Positions 24,583 through 32,000 of a DNA stretch of 32,000 nucleotides are shown here, one piece after another (within the stretch, counting starts at the first letter, position 1; each line of letters starts with the position of its first letter). Position numbers and translations under genes: made by a program. The stretch spans positions 603,272 through 635,271 of the forward strand of contig NZ_LT963434.1 in assembly GCF_900199515.1 (NCBI RefSeq), read 5' to 3'. The DNA is from Massilicoli timonensis. Its GTDB lineage: Bacteria > Bacillota_I > Bacilli_A > Erysipelotrichales > Erysipelotrichaceae. The notes beneath the pieces are model-generated. The model was not told the origin of the DNA and did not search any database. It worked only from the letters and a program-made list of their open reading frames with translations.

Positions 24583-25089
24583 CTACTTCAAATACTCGTC
24601 CACATAAGCGGCTGCTTCATGAATACCTTCTACGACCGGTTTAGAACTAACGGTCGCACCGCTGATCGTGTCGAGTGGTTCATTCGCTTTTTTGCCTTCC
24701 AAAGAAGCCTTGAAAGCATCTTCCGTTACCTTCGTGCCGATCCCGCTCGTATCACCGTTAGAGATCGCATGATATTTCAGCAAGTCGCCTTCTGTATTGA
24801 TGGCTACCATAAAGACCGTACCGTCCTTGTAGCCCGCTACCTGCATCTTAAAGATATAAGTCGTGTCATCGACCTGAAAGATCTTCTGGATCGTCTTAGA
24901 GTCGCCCTTTAGAGCAACGGACTTAAAATCGGAGGCTTCCGGATATAAGATCTTCAGTGATTCTTTTTCCGCTGCCAGTTGATTTTTCTCAATGATCGGC
25001 GTCGTCAGATCGTTGGCAAACGCCAAGGCGCCGCCGGCAACCGCTGCCACGACTGCTAAAAAGATCGTCAAATGTAAAATCTTTTTCAT
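24583..25089 (-). CDS. rnfG: Rnf complex subunit G (FMN-binding)
   Basis: N-terminal TM helix followed by an FMN_bind domain with the covalent-FMN motif ISGATVSS. The start was trimmed to MKKILHL (ATG 25089), which follows AGGAGG and lies 1 nt past the rnfD stop codon. Confidence 0.9.
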   Translation of the reverse strand: MKKILHLTIFLAVVAAVAGGALAFANDLTTPIIEKNQLAAEKESLKILYPEASDFKSVALKGDSKTIQKIFQVDDTTYIFKMQVAGYKDGTVFMVAINTEGDLLKYHAISNGDTSGIGTKVTEDAFKASLEGKKANEPLDTISGATVSSKPVVEGIHEAAAYVDEYLK

Positions 25090-25090
25090 A

Positions 25091-26224
25091 TCACAGCACC
25101 TCCTGCACAGTGGTCGTCTCTGCGGCAAGGGCAAGCGATTCCGCCTTTTCTTCCGCGCTTTCCATCACATTGCCCAAAAGCGCCGCCAAAGCGATGCCCA
25201 GCACTGCCAGCACAGCGGTAATCGTATAGGCTTTCTTGCGCATGCGCACCTGCTGTCCATCTAACGCCCGTTCGATCAGCGGCGTCAGCATGTTCATAAG
25301 CAGGATCGAATATAAAACGCCTTCCGGCAAATTGGCTTTGACACGGATCAGCATGGATAAGATCCCTGCGCCTAATGCAAAGATCACTCGTCCCTGTGCC
25401 GCAGTCGGTGAAGTAACCGGATCGGTCAACATAAATACCGCGCCAAACATTACCCCGCCGCTGCATAAATGGAATGCCACATACAGCCATAATTCTTCCA
25501 CACCGGCGCATAAGCCAAGCACCAATGCCATGAGCGCCACTGTCATCAAATAGATGAGCGGTACCCGCCAGTCAATGACCTTGCGGATCGCCAAGATCAC
25601 ACCGATGATTAGAAGCAGCGCCGTACAGGTTTCGCCCATGGCGCCCGGATACCAGCCGATGAACAGATCCCAGATGCTGCCGACCCGCTCTAATAAAGCG
25701 TCAAAAGATGCAGAAGTCGTAGGCAGCCAGTTATAGGTGTTTGCCATGACCGTTGTCGGAGTAGCGCCGGTGATCGCATCAGTGGTCGCACCCGCGAAGC
25801 AGGCAAAGATCACCGCGCGTCCCATCGCCGCCGGATTAAAGATGTTCTGACCGAAACCGCCAAACAGCAGCTTGCCGAAAAAGATCGCACAGAATGTCGC
25901 GACCCCGATCGCAAAAGGCGGCGTATTGATCGTACACATCAAAGTCAAGATCATCGCCGTGATCCAGCCAAAGGAACTGCTTAAATAGCGCAGGACCGGC
26001 TGCTTTGTACAAAGCGCCCAGACACCTTCCGTAAGCAGCGCCGTTCCCAGTGAAACCGCAAGCAGCAATACCGCCTGCAGCATACGTTCCAGATCATAGC
26101 GCGTATAATAATAAAACAATGTAAATACATATACTGCACAAAGTGCAATCATCAACTCTAACATAATTCGTTTGGTGCTTAACTTTTGACGTAAGTTAGG
26201 TGATGCGTGATAAATAAATTTCAT
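25091..26224 (-). CDS. rnfD: Rnf complex subunit D, with a C-terminal extension
   Basis: NqrB/RnfD polytopic pattern with FGGFGQNIFNPAAMGRA, the FMN-attachment motif ITGATPTT and FMLTDPVTSP. An extra ~55 aa tail contains one more hydrophobic helix. Confidence 0.93.
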   Translation of the reverse strand: MKFIYHASPNLRQKLSTKRIMLELMIALCAVYVFTLFYYYTRYDLERMLQAVLLLAVSLGTALLTEGVWALCTKQPVLRYLSSSFGWITAMILTLMCTINTPPFAIGVATFCAIFFGKLLFGGFGQNIFNPAAMGRAVIFACFAGATTDAITGATPTTVMANTYNWLPTTSASFDALLERVGSIWDLFIGWYPGAMGETCTALLLIIGVILAIRKVIDWRVPLIYLMTVALMALVLGLCAGVEELWLYVAFHLCSGGVMFGAVFMLTDPVTSPTAAQGRVIFALGAGILSMLIRVKANLPEGVLYSILLMNMLTPLIERALDGQQVRMRKKAYTITAVLAVLGIALAALLGNVMESAEEKAESLALAAETTTVQEVL

Positions 26225-26236
26225 CTGTTCCCCTCC

Positions 26237-27535
26237 TTACTTCTTCAGTGCGGCCATCGTCTGCCGTTTGCCGTTTCTGACATTTTCCGTAACATTTAAG
26301 CGCGATGGACAAATGTATGTACACAAACCGCATTCCACACACTCATTGGCGCAAAGCCGCAGCAACATATCCTTGTCTTTGGCATTTACCGCCTGTGCGA
26401 TCCGCACCGGTTGTAACCCAGCCGGACAATGATCGCTGCACATGCCGCAGCGAAGACAGTTCACATCATCATACGCTTTCACGCGCAGCACCGTCAGCGC
26501 GTTCACCGCCCGATCGATCACAAACTGATCATTTACGATCGTTTTGCCCATCATCGGACCTCCGGAAATCAGCATCACTTCCTCAGCCGCATAACCACCG
26601 ATCGCATCAATGATCGTTTTGGCGCTCGTACCGATGCGCACCTGCACATTGATTGGATCTTTCACACCGTCTCCGGATACCGTTACGATCTTTTCACAAA
26701 GCGGCATGCCTTTGGTCAAAGCATCCGCCAAAGCGATCGCTGTAGAAGCATTGTTTACGATCGCACCGACTTCGCTTGGCAAACGGGAATAAGTCTTTTT
26801 CAAGATCGTCTGCACCAACGTTTTTTCCCATCCCATCGGATAGACATCCGCCACTGCCGCGACTTCCATGCCTTCCCATTTCGCACACGCCTGTTTCAGC
26901 TGCTCGATCAGCTCGGGATGACTGACCTTTACGGCAATGCAAACTCTTCTTGCTCCTGCCGTCTTCTTCATCGCGTCTGCGCCTAACAGCATCTGTTCCA
27001 TATGCGCTTCGACCATCTTATAGTCAGATGTGATATATGGTTCACATTCCACCGCATTGATGATCAGCGTATCGATCGCTGCATCGCCGCTATACTTGAT
27101 GTAAGTCGGAAAACAAGCACCGCCGCATCCGACAATGCCCGCATTCTTCATAAATTCCACCAATTCCGCTTTGCTTGCCTGCCGGTAATCCAGCGGGGCA
27201 AACGCCTGTGTGGTTTCATATTTTCCATCGTTTTCGATCGCGATGTGCGCCACCGGCTTCAATGTCGCATGCATACATTTGCGCGCGATATCGGTTACGA
27301 CACCGGACACGCTCGCATAGATCGGCACGATCATACGGTCATTGCACTGTGCCAGCTTGGTACCCACTTTGACATGGTCCCCGGCTTTAACGAATACATC
27401 AAAGTTTGTAGAATGCGTCGCAAACAGCGGGATCAAGACTTCTTTGCCGGCATCTACTTTCACAACGTCTTTATGCTCGCTCAGTTCTTTATGCCCGTTG
27501 ATATGTTGACGCATTTTGCCTAAAAACAATGACAT
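26237..27535 (-). CDS. rnfC: Rnf complex subunit C
   Basis: The NADH/FMN-binding motif is GIVGCGGACFPT, with INAVECEPYITSDY and two 4Fe-4S motifs (CLRCGMCSDHCP and CVECGLCTYICP). The start was trimmed to MSLFLGK (ATG 27535). Confidence 0.93.
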   Translation of the reverse strand: MSLFLGKMRQHINGHKELSEHKDVVKVDAGKEVLIPLFATHSTNFDVFVKAGDHVKVGTKLAQCNDRMIVPIYASVSGVVTDIARKCMHATLKPVAHIAIENDGKYETTQAFAPLDYRQASKAELVEFMKNAGIVGCGGACFPTYIKYSGDAAIDTLIINAVECEPYITSDYKMVEAHMEQMLLGADAMKKTAGARRVCIAVKVSHPELIEQLKQACAKWEGMEVAAVADVYPMGWEKTLVQTILKKTYSRLPSEVGAIVNNASTAIALADALTKGMPLCEKIVTVSGDGVKDPINVQVRIGTSAKTIIDAIGGYAAEEVMLISGGPMMGKTIVNDQFVIDRAVNALTVLRVKAYDDVNCLRCGMCSDHCPAGLQPVRIAQAVNAKDKDMLLRLCANECVECGLCTYICPSRLNVTENVRNGKRQTMAALKK

Positions 27536-27592
27536 TCTTCTCACCTTTCCTTTCTTAACTACGTATTTCCCTTATTTGATTACGCAGTAATT

Positions 27593-27601
27593 ATTATACC
27601 A
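27593..27601 (-). promoter_or_regulatory. Extended -10 (TGGTATAAT) upstream of rnfC
   Basis: The reverse complement reads aaggaaaaTGgTATAATaattactgcgtaatc, about 58 nt before the rnfC ATG. The -35 is poor. Confidence 0.4.
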
Positions 27602-27684
27602 TTTTCCTTATCGTATAAAAAGAGAAAGTGCCGATTTTCAAGTTTTTTACATCCCACAGTTTGTCGTAAACGATATAAAGCTGA

Positions 27685-27712
27685 CAAAAAAAGAAGGTCT
27701 TACGCCTTCTTC
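27685..27712 (-). terminator. Rho-independent terminator overlapping the yhaM stop codon
   Basis: The minus-strand RNA reads AGAAGG-CGUAAGA-CCUUCU followed by UUUUUUG. The UAA stop sits in the loop. Confidence 0.6.
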
Positions 27713-28641
27713 AGTTTGCTTTGATAAAAACTGCGCTGCTCTAAAGAGAATACCCGCGCACTGAATTCACCCGGCTCCACCGTTTTCATCAGATTTTCCA
27801 ACGTATTCATGCGCGCATCTAAATTGTCGATGAAATAAAGCACCTCGGCTTCGGGAATCATCGGTAAGACCGGTGATCCATATTCCTTCTGCCCATGATG
27901 CGACAAGATCATATGACGCAGCAGTGTTTCCACTTCCTTGTCGGTATGCAATTCTGCGGCAATACGCGCCACCTCTGCCTGCATGATCGAAATATGGCCT
28001 AACAGCTTTCCTTCTACCGTGTATTCGGTAATGACCGGCCCGCTCAATTCTTCCAGCTTGCCTAAATCATGCAGGATGATCCCCCCGATCAATAAATCCT
28101 CGTTCAGGAAAGGAAACATCGTACAGATGAAGCGGCCCAGCTTGACCATTTCCAAAATATGCGTTGCCAAACCTCCCACAAACGCATGATGGTTTTTGCT
28201 GGCAGCCGGATAGGAATACAGATCACGTTCATAGTGCGCCACAACATGGCTGATCAAATTGCGGATCTCATCGTTTTTGATTCCTTCGACCACCTGTGCG
28301 ATCTGCTCTTTCAGCTCTGCCTTGGATAATGAACTCGCCTTGACATAGTCGCGCAGGTCGATCGTGCTGCGATCTAAAATCTGCAAAGCATTGACGCGGA
28401 TCTGCAGCTGCTTATTGTGCGATAAAACATCTCCGCTCACTTCCACCAGCATGCCCGGCTGATAAAGATGCAATGCTTCTTCGCTTACATTCCAATATTT
28501 CGCATCCATCGCGGCAGTGCAGTCCTGCAAGACAAGCGACAAATAAGGCGCGCCCTTATTCGTAACCCCACGCTGCACACTTTGAAGCAATACTTTGATC
28601 TTGACCTTTTCTCCGTCATTTAATTCATTCAATCGTTTCAT
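27700..28641 (-). CDS. yhaM: 3'-5' exoribonuclease YhaM (OB-fold plus HD domain)
   Basis: The N-terminal OB-fold reads VLLQSVQRGVTNKGAPYLSLVLQDCTAAMDAKYW. The HD domain reads HHAFVGGLATHILEMV...GGIILHDLGK...LSHHG. It is about 313 aa, like B. subtilis YhaM. Its start overlaps the upstream gene by 17 nt. Confidence 0.85.
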   Translation of the reverse strand: MKRLNELNDGEKVKIKVLLQSVQRGVTNKGAPYLSLVLQDCTAAMDAKYWNVSEEALHLYQPGMLVEVSGDVLSHNKQLQIRVNALQILDRSTIDLRDYVKASSLSKAELKEQIAQVVEGIKNDEIRNLISHVVAHYERDLYSYPAASKNHHAFVGGLATHILEMVKLGRFICTMFPFLNEDLLIGGIILHDLGKLEELSGPVITEYTVEGKLLGHISIMQAEVARIAAELHTDKEVETLLRHMILSHHGQKEYGSPVLPMIPEAEVLYFIDNLDARMNTLENLMKTVEPGEFSARVFSLEQRSFYQSKLKKA

Positions 28642-30616
28642 CTTCCCACTCCATTCCTGCTATGCCGCCCTTGATTTCCTCAAGTGAAAAGCCTTTGCTC
28701 ATACAATAGCGCACGACGCGGTTCTTGCGTTCATTGCCCTGATATTTACGCTGATACATTCTAACCGCTTTGCGAATGGTCTGCTTCAAGGCATCGGACT
28801 GCTCTTCTTCGTCAGCCTGTGGATTCAAACGCACAAGCGCGTCTTTGGCATCGCTTAACGAAAAGCCTTCTCCCACCAGTTTACGGATCACTTCCTGTTT
28901 CTTTAACTCCAGCGATTTCCCGCGCATGCCCGCATAAAGCTGCTTTGCGCGCTCATATGCCTTCATCGCATCATCGCCTTCATACTGGCCCAATAAACTT
29001 TCCGTCAATTCCCGATCGATCCCTTTTTTCATCAGCACGCGGATGATCTTCTGCTTCGATGTCATATTGGCTTGCAGCTTTTCGATCATTTCTTTCGCAT
29101 AAGCCTCATCGTTCAAGTAGCCCTTTCCCTCCAGATCCGCAATGATCAGTTCTTTGTCGCGTTCCTCTAAGCCTTCCACATACGCAAGCGCTGTCAAAAT
29201 TTCCTTCGTCGTGCGATCCTTGCTGCGCAGCTTTTTGATACAGAGCCGGTGCGCCTTCCAGATCGCTTCTTTTCGCTTAAACTCCTCTACCATGAAACGA
29301 TCCAAGCGCATATCCTTGCGCAGCTTGTAATCAAAATAATCATCCAGTGAGATCAGCAGCTTGACCGGTACATCATCCTTATCATTTTCAACAGTGATCT
29401 TCACATAATCATCATATGCTTTTACTTTGGTGATGCGGTATGCATTTTCATAATCTTCGATTGCCTGATAATATACGCTTACCACCTTGGCCGCAAACAG
29501 CTCGCTGTCATATTTTTTCGCTTTGGCACGCGCATATTCACCCATGGCTTCCCGTTTTTCCGATGGCAAAGCAAAATGTTTTTCCAATGCCTGTGCCAGA
29601 TCCTGCGGGGTATGGAAATAATAGCCGCTTTCTCCTTCATCGATCAAATCCTCCAGCGGTTCGTCCGGACGCGCAAACACCGGCAGCCTGCACGCCAGCG
29701 CTTCCACAAACGTCATGCCCTGCGTTTCGGTCAATGAAGCTGACACAAATACATCTGCCATAAAATAATAATCGACGATTTCTTCATTGGCGATACGATC
29801 CGTAAAGATCACCCGTTCCTCTAATTGTAACTGCGCGGCCCTTGCTTTTAATTCCTCTAGCTGCGGCCCGCCGCCGACGATCAGCAGCTTCATGGAGGCA
29901 TCTTCTACATAAGCAAATGCTTCGATCAGCAGATCGATGCTTTTTTCCTTGGCAACGCGCCCCACATAAGCAACGATTCGATCTTCTTCCTTGATCGCAT
30001 AGCGTTCTTTCAGTTCCCGGATCCGTACTTCATCATAAAGTGCCGGATCAAAACGCTTTAACGAAAGACCGGTCGGGATCACATAGATCGGTGCATGAAT
30101 GCCATAGCGAAGCAATGCTTCCTTCGTCTTATCGCTCGGTGCGATCACGCCCTGACAGCTGTCCGAGAGCATTCTTGAATAATTGCTCGCAAAACGCTTG
30201 GTTAATTTATCCACTTCTTCGATTTCAAACTTATTGATGTAGTGGGTATAGTCCTCATACATCGTATGATAGGTCGATACCATCGGCAGATCTAAGCTGT
30301 GCGCCACGATCCGCGCAAACAAACCAACACCGAATTCCGTATGCACATGAATGATATCCAGATTCATTTTTCTGATTTCTTCCTTGGCAGAAAAATGATA
30401 AGGCGTTGATAGCTTATACCCATACAGCCACTTTAATTCTAATCCCGGCAAACGCAGCACATTGCCCTCTCTTTGCGTCGAAAGAAAGGCTTTATGATTG
30501 GTGATCACAAACACAGTATGCCCATGCGCTTCCAGTTCTTTTTGCAGCGTAACGATCGAAGATACGACGCCGTTTACATCCGGAGTATAGGTATCCGTAA
30601 ATAATCCGATTCGCAT
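28625..30616 (-). CDS. Fusion protein: GT4 alpha-monoglucosyl-diacylglycerol-synthase-like glycosyltransferase (N-terminal ~390 aa) plus full-length RecX-like domain (C-terminal ~270 aa)
   Basis: The N-terminus MRIGLFTDTYTPDVNGVVSSIVTLQKELEAHGHTVFVIT...HVHTEFGVG...STYHTMYEDYTHYI...SASLTETQGMTFVEALA resembles the S. pneumoniae/A. laidlawii MGS type. The C-terminus begins ITKVKAYDDYVKITVEND...LLISLDDYFDYKLRKDMRLD and carries three RecX helical repeats (GYLNDEAYAKEMIEKL..., RKLVGEGFSLSDAKDAL, RYCMSKGFSLEEIKGGI), resembling B. subtilis RecX/YfhG. It is one uninterrupted 663-codon ORF. Confidence 0.8.
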   Translation of the reverse strand: MRIGLFTDTYTPDVNGVVSSIVTLQKELEAHGHTVFVITNHKAFLSTQREGNVLRLPGLELKWLYGYKLSTPYHFSAKEEIRKMNLDIIHVHTEFGVGLFARIVAHSLDLPMVSTYHTMYEDYTHYINKFEIEEVDKLTKRFASNYSRMLSDSCQGVIAPSDKTKEALLRYGIHAPIYVIPTGLSLKRFDPALYDEVRIRELKERYAIKEEDRIVAYVGRVAKEKSIDLLIEAFAYVEDASMKLLIVGGGPQLEELKARAAQLQLEERVIFTDRIANEEIVDYYFMADVFVSASLTETQGMTFVEALACRLPVFARPDEPLEDLIDEGESGYYFHTPQDLAQALEKHFALPSEKREAMGEYARAKAKKYDSELFAAKVVSVYYQAIEDYENAYRITKVKAYDDYVKITVENDKDDVPVKLLISLDDYFDYKLRKDMRLDRFMVEEFKRKEAIWKAHRLCIKKLRSKDRTTKEILTALAYVEGLEERDKELIIADLEGKGYLNDEAYAKEMIEKLQANMTSKQKIIRVLMKKGIDRELTESLLGQYEGDDAMKAYERAKQLYAGMRGKSLELKKQEVIRKLVGEGFSLSDAKDALVRLNPQADEEEQSDALKQTIRKAVRMYQRKYQGNERKNRVVRYCMSKGFSLEEIKGGIAGMEWEDETIE

Positions 30617-30636
30617 AAATGCTCCTTTCTTTCATC

Positions 30637-31686
30637 TCATAGATGAATCACTGTTTTTTCTAAATCATACTTTCGTTTTAAGTAAACAAAGATCAGTCCG
30701 CCTACCAGCATGACAAAATGGTAGGTGGAGAAACGCCATAAGATCATGACGCTGCTCGCATTTGCGCCGCCGCCGACGATCGGAATAAACAAACGGGTAA
30801 AGACCAGCTCGGTTCCCCCGCTTGCCCCGGGAATCGGAATAAACGCATTTGCCATTGAAACAAAGCTGGAAATGGCTATGACGTCAATAAGCAGATCGAA
30901 GCTGATCGCAATGCCAAGCGCCCTTGCCGTAACAAAGGGCAGTACATATAACACCGTCAAGCGCAGCACATTGATCGCGGCTGCCTTTAAGATCATCTTC
31001 TTTTCATGCTTCATCGCTTTGATCTGCAAGGTAAACGCCTCCAGCTGCAAGGTCCATGACTGCATCAGTTTCTCCGGATCCTTTACCAGCTTGATGCGGC
31101 ATAACAAACGAATCAAAAAACGAGACAGCTTTACATATAATTTCGGAAACAGCGCCAGTGTCCATAGTGCGCCGATCACACAGATATTGACAAAATAGCC
31201 GAATAAGATCAGCACGAAGAATACGCCCATCATATCTGTATAATGCGTAAAACGCAAGATGTAAAGAATCGTTACATAGATCATCAGCGTCGTTTGATAG
31301 ACGATAAAGTCCGTCCATAATAAGCTTGCGCCGTCACTGACCTTGATGCCCTGTTTTTTCAAAATATAAGCCTGCGCAAACTGTCCGCCGGTCGCGCTTG
31401 GCGTAATGCCGCTGAAAAAGGAACCGACAAACCCATTCAAGATCCCATCGATCAAACGATAGTCTTTTTTATAATGCTTGCCGAATATAGCGATGATCCA
31501 GCCTGCGATCACATTATAGACAATGCCCCAAAGCAAAATGATCAAAAGCCAGTACCATTTCATTCCGGCAATCAGATCCAATACTTCCCGATAATTGTCT
31601 TTCATCGCAAACCACAGCGCCAGCAGGGTCAAAGCGATGATGACCATAAAATTGATCGCGTATTTATTTTTTGCGTCCTTCATCAC
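30637..31686 (-). CDS. Flippase-like / LPG-synthase-TM (UPF0104, MprF N-terminal-like) membrane protein
   Basis: About 8 TM segments with GSFFSGITPSATGGQFAQAYILKKQGI and IPIPGASGGTELVF motifs, which are typical of this family. Confidence 0.8.
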   Translation of the reverse strand: MMKDAKNKYAINFMVIIALTLLALWFAMKDNYREVLDLIAGMKWYWLLIILLWGIVYNVIAGWIIAIFGKHYKKDYRLIDGILNGFVGSFFSGITPSATGGQFAQAYILKKQGIKVSDGASLLWTDFIVYQTTLMIYVTILYILRFTHYTDMMGVFFVLILFGYFVNICVIGALWTLALFPKLYVKLSRFLIRLLCRIKLVKDPEKLMQSWTLQLEAFTLQIKAMKHEKKMILKAAAINVLRLTVLYVLPFVTARALGIAISFDLLIDVIAISSFVSMANAFIPIPGASGGTELVFTRLFIPIVGGGANASSVMILWRFSTYHFVMLVGGLIFVYLKRKYDLEKTVIHL

Positions 31687-31705
31687 TCCACCTGCCTTTC
31701 CCTAT

Positions 31706-31999
31706 CTACTTTGCCAATACTTCCTCATATATTTTTTTCAAGCCTTGTCCGACTGCTTCAATGCTTCGCTCTTGCGCTGTCTGATGCCCTGCTTCGCTCA
31801 CATCCGGCAGCGTTTTTTCCACCACGCCCTGCACCAGTTCACAAAACTCATCGACATTTCTTCCCTTATAGCAGTTCACGGCAGACTTCATCCACGGCTC
31901 AAACACGCCGATGTCGCGTAAAACGATATTCTGTCTGGCTGCCAATCCCTCTAATACGACAATGCCCTCGGTTTCTTCTTTGCTTGGAAAAAAGAAGCA
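31706..31999 (-). CDS. GT4 glycosyltransferase, C-terminal part only (the N-terminus lies beyond the right edge)
   Basis: The frame stays open to the window edge. Hand translation gives CFFFPSKEETEGIVVLEGLAARQNIVLRDIGVFEPWMKS, the Glycos_transf_1 EX7E region. The track start at 31945 is only an internal TTG. Confidence 0.7.
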   Translation of the reverse strand, partial: CFFFPSKEETEGIVVLEGLAARQNIVLRDIGVFEPWMKSAVNCYKGRNVDEFCELVQGVVEKTLPDVSEAGHQTAQERSIEAVGQGLKKIYEEVLAK

Positions 32000-32000
32000 G

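Noticed and set aside
25086-25511. A 141-aa minus-strand ORF overlapping rnfD in another frame. Similar same-strand overlapping ORFs occur inside the MFS, AI-2E and ABC genes.
   Set aside because: These are alternative-frame ORFs inside conserved genes, Arg/Gly/Cys-rich, with no independent signals.
26429-27523. Two long plus-strand ORFs (185 aa and 173 aa), plus others of 100-160 aa at 7974..8465, 13228..13683, 30725..31198 and 5688..6107.
   Set aside because: All are antisense to strongly supported genes (rnfC, amidohydrolase, ABC exporter, flippase-like protein, thrS). They have His/Arg-rich compositions that do not look protein-like, and no RBS.
1-32000. GATC (and CGATCG) looks strongly over-represented. 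Hand counts gave 13 sites in 14461-15060 and 9 sites in 9001-9600. Base composition would predict roughly 2-3 per 600 nt. This hints at Dam-type methylation or mismatch-repair signalling.
   Set aside because: In eno, all 9 sites counted are a G-ending codon followed by the Ile codon ATC. Strong codon bias (ATC for Ile, GAT for Asp, G-ending codons) therefore probably explains most of the excess. A proper codon-shuffled or Markov expectation and methylome data would be needed before calling it a signal.

Overview
The window looks like a chromosomal segment of a low-GC Gram-positive bacterium (Bacillota). Supporting signs are AGGAGG-type ribosome-binding sites, TGnTATAAT extended -10 promoters, a T-box leader and lipobox lipoproteins. 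A ThrRS without the TGS domain and an Acholeplasma/Streptococcus-type monoglucosyl-DAG synthase hint at an Erysipelotrichia/Mollicutes-related lineage, but that is inference only. About 27 protein genes are packed tightly, nearly all on the minus strand.

Gene order from left to right:
- a Wzy_C/O-antigen-ligase-like gene, partial and absent from the ORF track
- an orphan NitT/TauT-type ABC permease
- a LysR-controlled redox module (CMD-cupin fusion plus flavodoxin-like reductase)
- a lipoprotein translationally coupled to thrS behind a Thr T-box
- an amidohydrolase and a monocistronic enolase
- a MarR-controlled heterodimeric ABC exporter
- an AI-2E transporter
- an intact IS (rve/DDE transposase) flanked by a perfect 30-bp target duplication
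- an MFS plus long-ArsR operon with palindromic operators
- an ABC-F ATPase (with leader mini-ORF) coupled to a DJ-1/PfpI-like protein
- a PsiE-like protein
- a complete rnfCDGEA-x-B operon
- a glycolipid operon (GT4, flippase-like protein, GT4::RecX fusion) ending in yhaM

I saw no rRNA, tRNA or CRISPR array and no recognisable phage-defence island.

The least conventional items are:
- an Rnf operon whose RnfB is cut down to the TM helix plus first Fe-S domain, with an extra Cys-rich mini-membrane ORF between rnfA and rnfB
- a glycolipid glycosyltransferase fused in frame to a full RecX domain and overlapping yhaM
- a 4-codon leader ORF and SD-sequestering hairpin ahead of an ARE-like ABC-F gene
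- a lipoprotein gene placed under Thr T-box control

All functional calls come from reading motifs by eye. No database search was possible.
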